DNA of 64,000 nucleotides from an uncultured delta proteobacterium (lineage in GTDB: Bacteria; Desulfobacterota; Binatia; JACPRU01), in assembly GCA_963745025.1 (NCBI GenBank), contig CAVUWD010000007.1:32001-96000 (forward strand). Reading direction: 5' to 3'. This document shows, in pieces, positions 28,255 to 37,574 of this stretch. Position 1 is the stretch's first letter; the number at the start of each line of letters is the position of its first letter. The notes below the pieces were generated by a model, which did no database searches, was not told the origin of the DNA, and was given only the letters and a program-made list of their open reading frames with translations. A program made the translations under genes and the position numbers.

Positions 28255-28514
28255 TCGAGCGTCCCGCACGGTGGCGACCTCCGTCTGGATCTCACTATTC
28301 GTTTGGAGCGCATCCTCAAGATTGTCATCGCGGCGGACGTCGGCACGCGCTTCAACCGACGCCTCTTGCTCGCCCGCCGCGACCACCTCGAGAACCACAG
28401 GTGGCTGTCCCCGAAATTGTGCCCGTTCTGTACCCGAAACGGGGCTATTGAGGACAAGCTCAGCCAACAAGCGACGTCCGCGGCGTCCGTTGCGTACGCC
28501 CCGGATCCTGTCCC

Positions 28515-29629
28515 TCAGATTCCGAGCCGCGCGGCGAGCTTCCGGCGCTGCTCGACCGCGTCGCCGAAAAGAATCGCGCTCGCCTTCGCGCGCTTGAAGT
28601 AGAGATGCGCGGGGTGCTCCCACGTGAAGCCCATGCCGCCGTGGATCTGGATCGTCTCCGCGGCGGCGTGGAAGTACGCCTCCGAGCAGTACGACTTCGC
28701 CATGTGCGCGGCCGACGAGCAGTTCCTCGTCTCGATCCGCGGCGCGGAACGCCGCGTGGTACACCGCGGAGCGCGCGAACTCGACCTCGACGAGCATGTC
28801 GGCGCACTTGTGCTTGATGGCCTGGAAGGAGCCGATCGGACGGCCGAACTGGAGACGCGTCCGCGCATAGTCGGTCGCCATCTCGAGGCAGCGCTGCGCG
28901 CCGCCCGTTTGTTCGGCGGCGAGCGCCATCACCGCGAGAGCCAGTACCCGCTCGAGCCCCGCCGTCGCGTCGCCGCGCGGAGATCCGCGTCGCCGGCGTC
29001 CCGGAAAGCACGAGCCGCGCGAGCTTTCGCGTGAGGTCGAGCGTCGGCAAGAGGCGCCGGTCGAGCCGCGGCGCGCCGCCCTCGACGCGGAAGATCCCGA
29101 CCCCGTCGTCGGCGCGGCCGACGACGAGGATGACGTCTGCCGAGTGGCCGTCCAGCACGAAGTTCGCCACGCCGTCGAGCCGCCAGCCCGTGCCATCGCG
29201 CACCGCGCGCGCCGGCGGGGACTCCGGCGCGCTGCGGCCGTTGTCGTCCGTCGTCGCCACCGTGACGATCGCCCGCCCCGCGGCGATCTCGGGGAGAAGC
29301 TCTGCCTGGGCCGCGTCGTCCGCGATCGTCGTGAGCACGCCGACGGCGAGGACCGCGGTCGAAAGATAGGGCCCGCAAAAGAGCACGCGCCCCATCTCTT
29401 CCATCACGATCGCGAGCTCCACGGGTCCGAGCCCCGCTCCGCCGTATCGCTCGGGTGTGGCGAGCCCCGGGAGCGCCATCTCGGACGCCAGACGGTCCCA
29501 GACGCGCGCCTCGAAGCCGCGCTCGGTCTCCATGGCCGCGCGCATGGCGGATTCGCTCGATTCCTTCTCGAGAAATCGGCGGACGGCCTGCCGCAGCTCC
29601 TCGTGCTCTTCCGTGAACGCGAAGTCCAT
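28515..29629 (-). CDS. Acyl-CoA dehydrogenase (short partner subunit), frameshifted
   Basis: MDFAFTEEHEELR, RLQFGRPIGSFQAIKHKCADM and QIHGGMGFTWEH lie in different frames. Confidence 0.85.
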
Positions 29630-30858
29630 CACGAGCTCCTCGGCACGTCGCGCCACGGCACGTCTTTGTCCGCGCGGGGCTCGCCGGGAAGACCGAGCAC
29701 ACGCTCGCCGAGAATGTTGCGCAGGACCTCGGACGTCCCGCCCTCGATCGAGTTCGCGCGCGAGCGCAGGAACTGGTACTTGGCGATCGCGAGCTTCGTC
29801 CCGTGGCTCTCGCCCGACGGGCGGCGCCGCTCGTAACCCGCCTCGTAGACGAGCGCGTCGGCGCCGATCACGTCCATGCCGCACTCCCAGATCCGCTTGT
29901 TGAGCTCGGCCAGCGCGAGCTTGCCGACCGAGCCCTCCGGCCCGGGATTCCCGGCCTTTTGCGCGGCGCGCGCCCGCTGGATCGTCATCCGCAGCAGCTC
30001 CGAGTCGATCCACAGGCGCGTGATCCGGTCGCGGAGGATGGTTTCGGCCTCGGCGGAGAGCCGCTTCGGATCGCGCGCCTTCCAGAGGTCGAGCAGGATG
30101 CCCATCGAGCCACCGCCCCGCCGGGACACGCCGCCGCCGCCGATCGCGCTTCGCTCGTTCATGAGCGTGGTGATCGCCACCTTCCAGCCCTCGCCTTCCG
30201 CTCCGATCATCCGGTCGGCGGGGATCCGCACGTCCGCGAGGAAGACCTCGTTGAATTCCGCCTCGCCGGTGATCTGGTGAAGCGGCCTGACCTCGACGCC
30301 CGGGCTCTGCATGTCGAGCAGGAAGTACGACATGCCTTGGTGCTTCGGTACGTCGGGATTCGACCGCACGAGCAGCATCCCCCACTTCGAGATGTGCGCG
30401 AGGCTCGTCCAGACCTTCTGTCCGTTGACGACCCACGAGTCGCCGTCACGGACGGCGCGCATCGCGAGCCCCGCCACGTCGGAGCCCGCCCCCGGCTCAC
30501 TGAAGAGCTGACACCAGATGTCCTCGCCGCTGAAGATCCGGCGCAGCAGGTTCTTCTTCATCCACTCGGTGCCGTGCGTGAGGACCGTCGGCGCTCCCAT
30601 GCCGATGCCGATCGGATTGATCAGCATGTCGTCGTAGAGGGTCTTCGCGTGCCGGCGGAGCTCGTCCGCGACGACGGCCTGGAGCTTCGGGGAGACACCG
30701 AGGCCGCCGAGGTGCTCGGGGAAGTGGACCCAAGCGAGGCCGTGATCGAACTGCTTCCCTCGGAACGTGAACTGGTCCGTGCGATCCGGATGCGCCTCCT
30801 CGACGAGCGCGCGGACGCGCGTGCGGATCTCCTCTTCGCTCATTTCTCGATATGCCAT
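29629..30858 (-). CDS. Acyl-CoA dehydrogenase (FadE-type)
   Basis: WCQLFSEPGAGSD, NGQKVWTS, FNEVF and SIEGGTSEVLRNILGERVLGLP motifs. Confidence 0.92.
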   Translation of the reverse strand: MAYREMSEEEIRTRVRALVEEAHPDRTDQFTFRGKQFDHGLAWVHFPEHLGGLGVSPKLQAVVADELRRHAKTLYDDMLINPIGIGMGAPTVLTHGTEWMKKNLLRRIFSGEDIWCQLFSEPGAGSDVAGLAMRAVRDGDSWVVNGQKVWTSLAHISKWGMLLVRSNPDVPKHQGMSYFLLDMQSPGVEVRPLHQITGEAEFNEVFLADVRIPADRMIGAEGEGWKVAITTLMNERSAIGGGGVSRRGGGSMGILLDLWKARDPKRLSAEAETILRDRITRLWIDSELLRMTIQRARAAQKAGNPGPEGSVGKLALAELNKRIWECGMDVIGADALVYEAGYERRRPSGESHGTKLAIAKYQFLRSRANSIEGGTSEVLRNILGERVLGLPGEPRADKDVPWRDVPRSS

Positions 30859-30992
30859 GGGGAATGACCTACCATCCGCGCTTCGCGGAGAGAAGTGACC
30901 GAACGGGCGTCTCGTAAGCGCAGAGCGAAAATGACGGGGCCAGATCCGCTGCGGACCCGGCCCCGGGCTTCGAACGAGATGCGTGGGCGCGA

Positions 30993-32420
30993 CTACGCGG
31001 CAACGCCCATCACCGCCTTCGTCTCCAAGAACTCCTCGAACCCCTCTGCGCCCCACTCGCGGCCGTTGCCCGACTGCTTGTAGCCGCCGAACGGCGCCGC
31101 GAAATCGGGGCCCGCGCCGTTCAGGTGGACGTTTCCGGTGCGAAGCCGCGCGGCGACCCTCTCCGCGTGCTTCACGTCTCCCGACTGCACGTATCCGGAG
31201 AGCCCGTAAGGGGTGTCGTTCGCGAGCGCGATCGCCTCCTCCTCGGTCTGGTAGGGAAGGATGCAGAGCACCGGCCCGAAGATCTCCTCGCGGGCGATCG
31301 TCATCTTGTTGCGGACGTTCCCGAAGACCGTCGGCTTCACGTAGTAGCCCTTGTCGAGCCCGGAGGGCTTGCCGAGCCCGCCCGTCACCAGCTCGGCGCC
31401 TTCGTCGATGCCCTTCTTGATGAGCCCCTGGATCTTGTCGAACTGCATCTTGCTGGCAACCGGCCCGAGGACCTGCGCGTCGCTCGACGGATCGCCGACG
31501 ACCACCTTCTCGGCCGCCGCCTTGGCGAGCCGGAGCGCCTCGGCGTGCTTCGCCGCAGGGACGAACATCCGGGTCGGCGCGTTGCAGGACTGGCCGCTGT
31601 TCATGAAGCAGGACTGCACGCCGCCGGCGACGGCCTTGGCGAGATCGGCGTCCTCGAGGATGATGTTCGCCGACTTGCCGCCGAGCTCCTGCGTGACGCG
31701 CTTCACGGTGTCGGCCGCGTTCTTCGCCACCTGGATGCCGGCGCGGGTCGAGCCCGTGAACGACACCATGTCGACGTCGGGGTGCGAGGCGATCGCGGCG
31801 CCGACCGTCGGGCCATCCCCGTTCACCAGATTGAAGACGCCCGGCGGCACGCCCGCCTTGTCGAAGACCTCGGTCAGGATGATCGCATTCAGCGGCGTCA
31901 CCTCGCTCGGCTTCAGGACCATCGTGCACCCGGCCGCGAGCGCCGGCATGACCTTGCACATGACCTGGTTGATCGGCCAGTTCCACGGCGTGATGAAGCC
32001 GCAGACGCCGACCGGCTCCTTCAGAATCTTCGTCTTGCCGCGCTGCTCCTCGAACTCGAAGCCCTGGAGCACCTGTAGCGTTTGCACGATGTGCGCCATC
32101 CCGACGGGAGCCTGCGCGGCTTTGGCGAGCCACTTGGGCGCGCCCATCTCGAGCGAGACGGTCTCGGCGAGCTCGCCGAGGCGCTCCTGGTAGCACGCCT
32201 GGATCTTCTGGATCAGCGCGATCCGCTCCTGCTTCGTGGTTTGCGACCACTTCGGGAACGCCTTGCGCGCCGCGGCGACGGCGCGGTCCACGTCCTCGGC
32301 GCTGCCCAGGCTCACGCGACCGATCACCTCTTCGGTGGCCGGGTTGATGACGTCGATCGTCTTCTTCCCGAGCGGCTCCACCCAGCGCCCGTCGATGTAA
32401 AACTTGAGTTGCTCTTTCAT
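30993..32420 (-). CDS. Aldehyde dehydrogenase
   Basis: ITPWNWP, FTGS, ELGGKS, NSGQSC and PFGGYKQSGNGRE motifs; RBS aaggaggt. Confidence 0.93.
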   Translation of the reverse strand: MKEQLKFYIDGRWVEPLGKKTIDVINPATEEVIGRVSLGSAEDVDRAVAAARKAFPKWSQTTKQERIALIQKIQACYQERLGELAETVSLEMGAPKWLAKAAQAPVGMAHIVQTLQVLQGFEFEEQRGKTKILKEPVGVCGFITPWNWPINQVMCKVMPALAAGCTMVLKPSEVTPLNAIILTEVFDKAGVPPGVFNLVNGDGPTVGAAIASHPDVDMVSFTGSTRAGIQVAKNAADTVKRVTQELGGKSANIILEDADLAKAVAGGVQSCFMNSGQSCNAPTRMFVPAAKHAEALRLAKAAAEKVVVGDPSSDAQVLGPVASKMQFDKIQGLIKKGIDEGAELVTGGLGKPSGLDKGYYVKPTVFGNVRNKMTIAREEIFGPVLCILPYQTEEEAIALANDTPYGLSGYVQSGDVKHAERVAARLRTGNVHLNGAGPDFAAPFGGYKQSGNGREWGAEGFEEFLETKAVMGVAA

Positions 32421-32769
32421 CTCGACCTCCTTCGAATCGTAACGGCTTCGAGCAGACGGAATCCCATGATCTTCTCTCGGCGAGCCAACGGAAGCAAGCG
32501 TCACGCTCCGTACCGCGAGGAGGTCAGCCTGGGCGTGCTCCTCGGCTGCAACTCAAAGGGCACCGGTCTCTCCACCGAGCGGAAGTGCCTCGGTGCCCAC
32601 GGTCCGGTTTCTATGTCGCGAATTTGGCGATGAGGCTTGGTCGCCGGTACACGATTGTCAAGAAACGTGAATCGGGAGCGGCTGCCGACAGCTCTGAATC
32701 GGCCGTGAGGACACGTAAGGTCCTGAAAATCACTTAGTTTTGAATACCTACGAACCTCACCTACGTGTG

Positions 32770-32785
32770 CGGCATATCGCTTGCT
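32770..32785 (+). promoter_or_regulatory. Candidate sigma54 (-24/-12) promoter
   Basis: CGGCATATCGCTTGCT (GG-N10-GC with TTGC), ~15 nt before the ATG at 32800. Confidence 0.6.
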
Positions 32786-32799
32786 GTATCGATGTCGGC

Positions 32800-35187
32800 A
32801 TGGCAACTCTCAGCAATGCCGAGAAACGGCTACTTCAATTCCTCGTCAAGCATGGCACGGCCGATCCGGGCGAAGATGCAGCTCGTCGAGCTATCGGCCG
32901 CGTCCGAGGGTCGCTCGGTCATCGACGTTCTGAAGTACTTGGACGTGGTGAGCGAGGAGCAAGTCGCTTCGCGAGCTCGCCAGAGCGCTGCGGATTCCGG
33001 TCGTGGACTTGCCCGGCGTGGTCTTCGACGACGCGGCCATCCAGCTCGTCGACCAAAAGGTCGCGGTCAAAGTTGAGCGTCGTCCCGTTGAGGGTGGAGG
33101 GCAACCACCTCCTGCTCGCCATGGCCAATCCGCTCGACCACGAGGGCATCCGGGAGCTCGAATTCGCCACCGGCCGACGCATTCGCCCGACCGTGGCGAT
33201 GCGCTCGGCAGTGCTCGAAGCCATCGAAAACTGCTACAAGATGAACGGCACGATCGGCGCCCTGCTTTCGCAGATTCCTGACGAGCAGAGAGTCTCGGTG
33301 CTGGTCGACGACAAGAGGGGCGACAACGTCAGCGAGCAGGAGCTCTCTCGCGAGGCGGAGCGCGCCCCCGTCATCAAGATGGTCAACTGCATCTTCGACG
33401 CAGCGCTCAAGAACTCGGCGAGCGACATCCACGTCGAGCCGGGCCCGAACATCGTGTACGTGCGCTATCGGGTGAACGGCATCCTCGAGGAGGGACTGCA
33501 ACTCCCCAAGTGGGTGCAGAGCGCGATCGTGGCCCGCATCAAGGTCATGGCCAAGCTCGACATCACCAAGCGGCACGTACCGCAGGACGGGCGCCTCAAG
33601 ATCCGCGCCGGAGGCAGGACGGCCGACGTTCGAGTGTCGTCTCTGCCGACCAGCGACGGCGAGAAGATCGTCATGCGCGTCCTCGACCCGACGACCGCGC
33701 TGCGCAGCCTCGACTCGGTAGGCCTTCCTCGGCGCGATCTGATTACGCTGCGCGCCGCGATCCGCAAGCCCGAGGGCATGATCCTGGTGACCGGGCCGAC
33801 CGGCAGCGGCAAGACGAGCACCCTCTACGCGGTCATCCAGGAGATCTTCTCCCCGGAGATCAACATCGTCACGATCGAGAACCCGATCGAGTACGAGATG
33901 AAGGCGGTGAACCAGGTCGAGGTGAACGTGAAGCAAGGGCTCACCTTCGCCGACGTCCTGCGGTCGACGCTGCGCCAGGATCCCGACGTGATCCTGGTCG
34001 GCGAGATCCGCGACCGAGAGACCGCCGAGATCGCCTTCCACGCCGCCCAGACGGGGCACTTGGTGCTGTCAACGCTCCATACCCTCGACACTAGCTCCAC
34101 CGTCACGCGGCTGTTGGAGCTGGGCATAGAGCACCACGTCCTCGCTTCCTCGCTGATCGCGGTCGTCGCCCAGCGGCTGGTGCGAACGGTCTGCGAGCGT
34201 TGTTCCGAGCCTGCCGTCGTCGACGAAGCGACGGCAAAGGCGCTCGGTCTGAAGGGGCGTTCTGTCCGAAAGGGCCAAGGCTGCCCCGCCTGCCGGCGGA
34301 CCGGGTTTTCCGGGCGGACCGGAGTCTACGAGGTGATGGAGGTCACCAAGAAGGTCCGGCAGACGATCGAGAGCAGGGCGCCGGATAGCGTTCTAAGGCG
34401 GGTGTCGCGAGCCGAGGGCATGACGACGCTGATCGAGGACGCACTGTCGAAAATCGAGGCCGGCCGCACGACCCCGGAAGAGGTGCTCGGCTCGGTGCAG
34501 GTCGAGTCGCAGGGGCCGACGTGCCCGCAGTGCTCGAATCCGATCGAGGAGCGGTTCGCGGTCTGCCCGTTCTGTCGCCATCAGCTGGTGCGCAGCTGCG
34601 CCACGTGCTCCGAGCCGCTCAAGCCCGAGTGGAACAGTTGCCCCTCTTGCGGGGCCGTGCCGAAGGTCGAGGAACCGACGGAGGCACCTCGACCCGCGAA
34701 GAGCGGCGCCGCGACCGGCACGGAATCGACCTCCACCGCCAAGGCGCGTTCGGCCGATCCCGGCGAGATCACCCGGCCGCGGATCCTGGTGGTCGACGAC
34801 AACGAAGACCTCCGATTGTTCATCAGAAAGGGGCTCGAGCGCGTGGACCGTTCGCTGCTGTTCGACGAGGCAGCGAACGGGTTGGAGGCACTGCATAGGA
34901 TCGAGGAGTCGCCGCCGCATCTGATCCTGCTCGACCTGACGATGCCGGGAATGGACGGACTCGAGGTCTGCAAACGACTGCGCGCCGATCTGCAAACGGC
35001 CTTCCTGCCGATCATCATGTTGACCGCGCGGGATGATGCCAACAGCAAGAAGGGCGGATTCTTTGCGGGCACCGACGACTACGTGGTCAAGCCGTTCGAC
35101 GCCGAAGAGCTGGCGGCACGAGTGCGCCGTCTGCTCGAGCGCACGTACGGATTGAGCCGCCCCCGAGCGCGATCGGCCGCGGCGTAG
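32800..35187 (+). CDS. PilB/GspE-type ATPase fused to a double zinc ribbon and a C-terminal receiver domain (compensating frameshifts in the N-terminal part)
   Basis: ASDIHVEP, PQDGR, GPTGSGKT, LRQDPDVILVGEIRD, TGHLVLSTLH; CPQC/CPFC/CATC/CPSC; ILVVDD...LLDLTMPGMDG...LTA...KPF. Confidence 0.9.
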   Translation: MATLSNAEKRLLQFLVKHGTADPGEDAARRAIGRVRGSLGHRRSEVLGRGERGASRFASSPERCGFRSWTCPAWSSTTRPSSSSTKRSRSKLSVVPLRVEGNHLLLAMANPLDHEGIRELEFATGRRIRPTVAMRSAVLEAIENCYKMNGTIGALLSQIPDEQRVSVLVDDKRGDNVSEQELSREAERAPVIKMVNCIFDAALKNSASDIHVEPGPNIVYVRYRVNGILEEGLQLPKWVQSAIVARIKVMAKLDITKRHVPQDGRLKIRAGGRTADVRVSSLPTSDGEKIVMRVLDPTTALRSLDSVGLPRRDLITLRAAIRKPEGMILVTGPTGSGKTSTLYAVIQEIFSPEINIVTIENPIEYEMKAVNQVEVNVKQGLTFADVLRSTLRQDPDVILVGEIRDRETAEIAFHAAQTGHLVLSTLHTLDTSSTVTRLLELGIEHHVLASSLIAVVAQRLVRTVCERCSEPAVVDEATAKALGLKGRSVRKGQGCPACRRTGFSGRTGVYEVMEVTKKVRQTIESRAPDSVLRRVSRAEGMTTLIEDALSKIEAGRTTPEEVLGSVQVESQGPTCPQCSNPIEERFAVCPFCRHQLVRSCATCSEPLKPEWNSCPSCGAVPKVEEPTEAPRPAKSGAATGTESTSTAKARSADPGEITRPRILVVDDNEDLRLFIRKGLERVDRSLLFDEAANGLEALHRIEESPPHLILLDLTMPGMDGLEVCKRLRADLQTAFLPIIMLTARDDANSKKGGFFAGTDDYVVKPFDAEELAARVRRLLERTYGLSRPRARSAAA

Positions 35188-35303
35188 CGAGGCCAAGAGT
35201 CTCCGACAAATCTTTGCTCCAACGCGCTCGCCATGATTGATATGCCGTCCCCCCTGTTGCTGCCAAGCCCCCAGGGGCCGGTGCGGCCCAAGCCTGATCG
35301 CGC

Positions 35304-36803
35304 TCATTTCACCATCGCGACAGCAGCAACTTGCCCACCCCGCAGTTTCGTCGCACGCGCGGCCACGCCACGGAGCATGCCGGCAAATACTCGGGCGTGC
35401 AGCGGGTAGACGGCATACCAGTACAACAGGCCGAGCAAGCCGACGGGATCGAATACCGCGGTCTGACGGATCGTCGTACCGTTCGTGTCCGGCTCGACCT
35501 CGAACTCCAGCCAGGCGCGGCCAGGGAGCTTCATTTCCGCAATCAGACGTAGCTGGCGGTGCCGGTCGTAGGATTCCACGCGCCAGAAGTCGACGGTGTC
35601 CCCTACAACCAGCTCCTGGGGATGGCGGCGGCCGCGCCGCATGCCCACACCCCCGAAAAGAAGATCAATGAAACCGCGCAACCGCCACAGCCAGTTGCCG
35701 TAGAACCAACCCGTTGCACCGCCGATACCTTCGATGGCCGCGAATGCCGCGGCCGGCGACACCGGCACGCGAACGGCACGCGAATCAACCAAGCGCGTAC
35801 CGAAGCGCATGCCGCCCCAGGACGGCGGCAGGCCGGCCGAGGAGATGGCGTCCGACCAACGGGTGGCTGCGTACTCCTGATCTTCATTCAGGATGGCCCG
35901 CTGGATTGCCTGGCGCAGCCCCATCGGCTGGATCGGGAAGACCCGCAAGGCGCGGTCGTCCTGCACCGTGGTTTCGTTCTCCACGCTCTCGATCAGCTTG
36001 CGCCCGACACGGGCGTACACCGGTGTGGTGAGCCCCAACCACAGGCTCGACAACCGTGGCGTCAAGAACGGCACGGGAATCATCAACCGCCGCAACCCGC
36101 GTTGCCGCGCGTACTCGTTCATGATGTCGGCATACGACACGCGATCGGCGCCGCCGATTTCGAAGATCCCTTCCTGTCCGCGCGGCAACTCTATGGCCGC
36201 GAGCAGATAGGCCAGCACGTCCTCGACGGCGATCGGTTGCGCGGGCGTGCGCACCCAACGCGGGCAGAGCATCACCGGCAAGCGCTCCACCAGGGCGCGG
36301 ATGAGCTCGAAGGACAAGCTGCCCGACCCCAGGATGATCGACGCGCGCAGCTCGATCACCGGCACCCCGCTGGCCCGCAGCGCCTCACCCGTTTCGTGCC
36401 GGCTGCGCAAGTGCGGCGACAGCCGCTCACCCGAGTCGCCAAGCCCGCCGAGATAGATGATGCGCTGCACACCGGCGGCGCGGGCCGCCGTACCGAAATT
36501 GGCCGCTGCCGTCCGGTCCTGCGCGGTGAAGTCCCCGGCCGAGCCCATCGAGTGCACCAAGTAGTACGCCGTGTGCGCGCCGGCGCAGGCCGCCGGCAGT
36601 GAGGCGGCATCGAGACAGTCGCCTTTGACAATCTCGGTCTCGGCGCTGACGCGCGGCGCCAAGAAGTCAGGCCGCCGTACGATGCAGCGCACCGCATAGC
36701 CGGCGCCCTGCAACGCCTTCAACAACCGTCCGCCCACGTAGCCGGTGGCACCGGTCAGCAAGATCAGCGGTTTTGTAGAGGGGATGGTCATTGCTGCAAA
36801 CAC
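35304..36803 (-). CDS. Atypical SDR/NAD(P)-binding protein with DUF2867 (YbjT-like)
   Basis: TGATGYVG, YYLVHSM, IGGATGW...LRG and AEMKLPGRAWL motifs; start may be 36791. Confidence 0.9.
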   Translation of the reverse strand: MFAAMTIPSTKPLILLTGATGYVGGRLLKALQGAGYAVRCIVRRPDFLAPRVSAETEIVKGDCLDAASLPAACAGAHTAYYLVHSMGSAGDFTAQDRTAAANFGTAARAAGVQRIIYLGGLGDSGERLSPHLRSRHETGEALRASGVPVIELRASIILGSGSLSFELIRALVERLPVMLCPRWVRTPAQPIAVEDVLAYLLAAIELPRGQEGIFEIGGADRVSYADIMNEYARQRGLRRLMIPVPFLTPRLSSLWLGLTTPVYARVGRKLIESVENETTVQDDRALRVFPIQPMGLRQAIQRAILNEDQEYAATRWSDAISSAGLPPSWGGMRFGTRLVDSRAVRVPVSPAAAFAAIEGIGGATGWFYGNWLWRLRGFIDLLFGGVGMRRGRRHPQELVVGDTVDFWRVESYDRHRQLRLIAEMKLPGRAWLEFEVEPDTNGTTIRQTAVFDPVGLLGLLYWYAVYPLHARVFAGMLRGVAARATKLRGGQVAAVAMVK

Positions 36804-36863
36804 GATTCGGCGCCGTGGACCGCGTTTCTGCCGCCCGACGTTGAAGTCAATCGCAGCGCTCTC

Positions 36864-37080
36864 CTACGCTGCCGCGCGCTCGAGCAGCGCCCGCGGCGGG
36901 AGCTGAAGATCCCAGACGACCCCCGCACAGGAGAGCGCCCTCAGGATCAGCCAGGTGACATCGAGTTTCCACCAGAAGAAGCCCTGCCGCGCCGAGCCGG
37001 GGTGGCGATGATGGTTGTTGTGCCAGCCCTCGCCGAAGGTGAGCAGCGCGATGCACCAGTTGTTGCGGCTGTCCGCTTCC
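36864..37080 (-). pseudogene. 3' fragment of a delta9-type acyl-CoA desaturase
   Basis: [22 protein letters not shown]...WWKLDVT (third His box only). Confidence 0.8.
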
Positions 37081-37370
37081 GCTGTACTCCACGGCACAGC
37101 GGTCGCAGCGCATGCTGAACGACATCTCGCTTGGCTGCGTGGCGACGCCGAGATCGGCGAGCATCCCCGAGAAGCGGGGATAGGTGCGATCGTTGTAGAC
37201 GATGAACCTGGTGTCGAGGCCGAGTTCGCGCCCCTCCTCGGCGATCGTCGCCGTGTGGCTGTGGCCGCCCGCGTAGTCGTTCTTTTCGAACACCGTAACG
37301 TCGCGATGCGGGCGAGATGCCACGCTGCGGGGAGGCCGGAGATTCCTGTGCCGACGACTGCGATCTTCAT
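37081..37370 (-). pseudogene. 5' fragment of an FAD-dependent (amine oxidase-like) oxidoreductase, frameshifted
   Basis: [13 protein letters not shown], then in another frame [14 protein letters not shown]...[13 protein letters not shown]...SEMSFS. Confidence 0.8.
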
Positions 37371-37574
37371 TTGCCCGCATTCTTCGCGCCTGGGGCGACG
37401 GCGCTCATGAGCTCGTCGTCGAGCGCCGGAGGCTGTGGTCGTCGCGAGGTCATGCTGGAAAATCCGCCGGCGGGGTTTTACCGTATAGCTGACCGGAGGT
37501 GAATCGGGTGCAGCATGTAGCCGTCCAGGGCACCGTCTCGACAACGCCATAGTCTAGAGTTTCTTCACACACTG

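Noticed and set aside
29629-32250. 873-aa ORF suggesting a large acyl-CoA dehydrogenase fusion
   Set aside because: The N-terminal ~460 aa are an off-frame read of the ALDH gene; the real ACAD starts at 30858.
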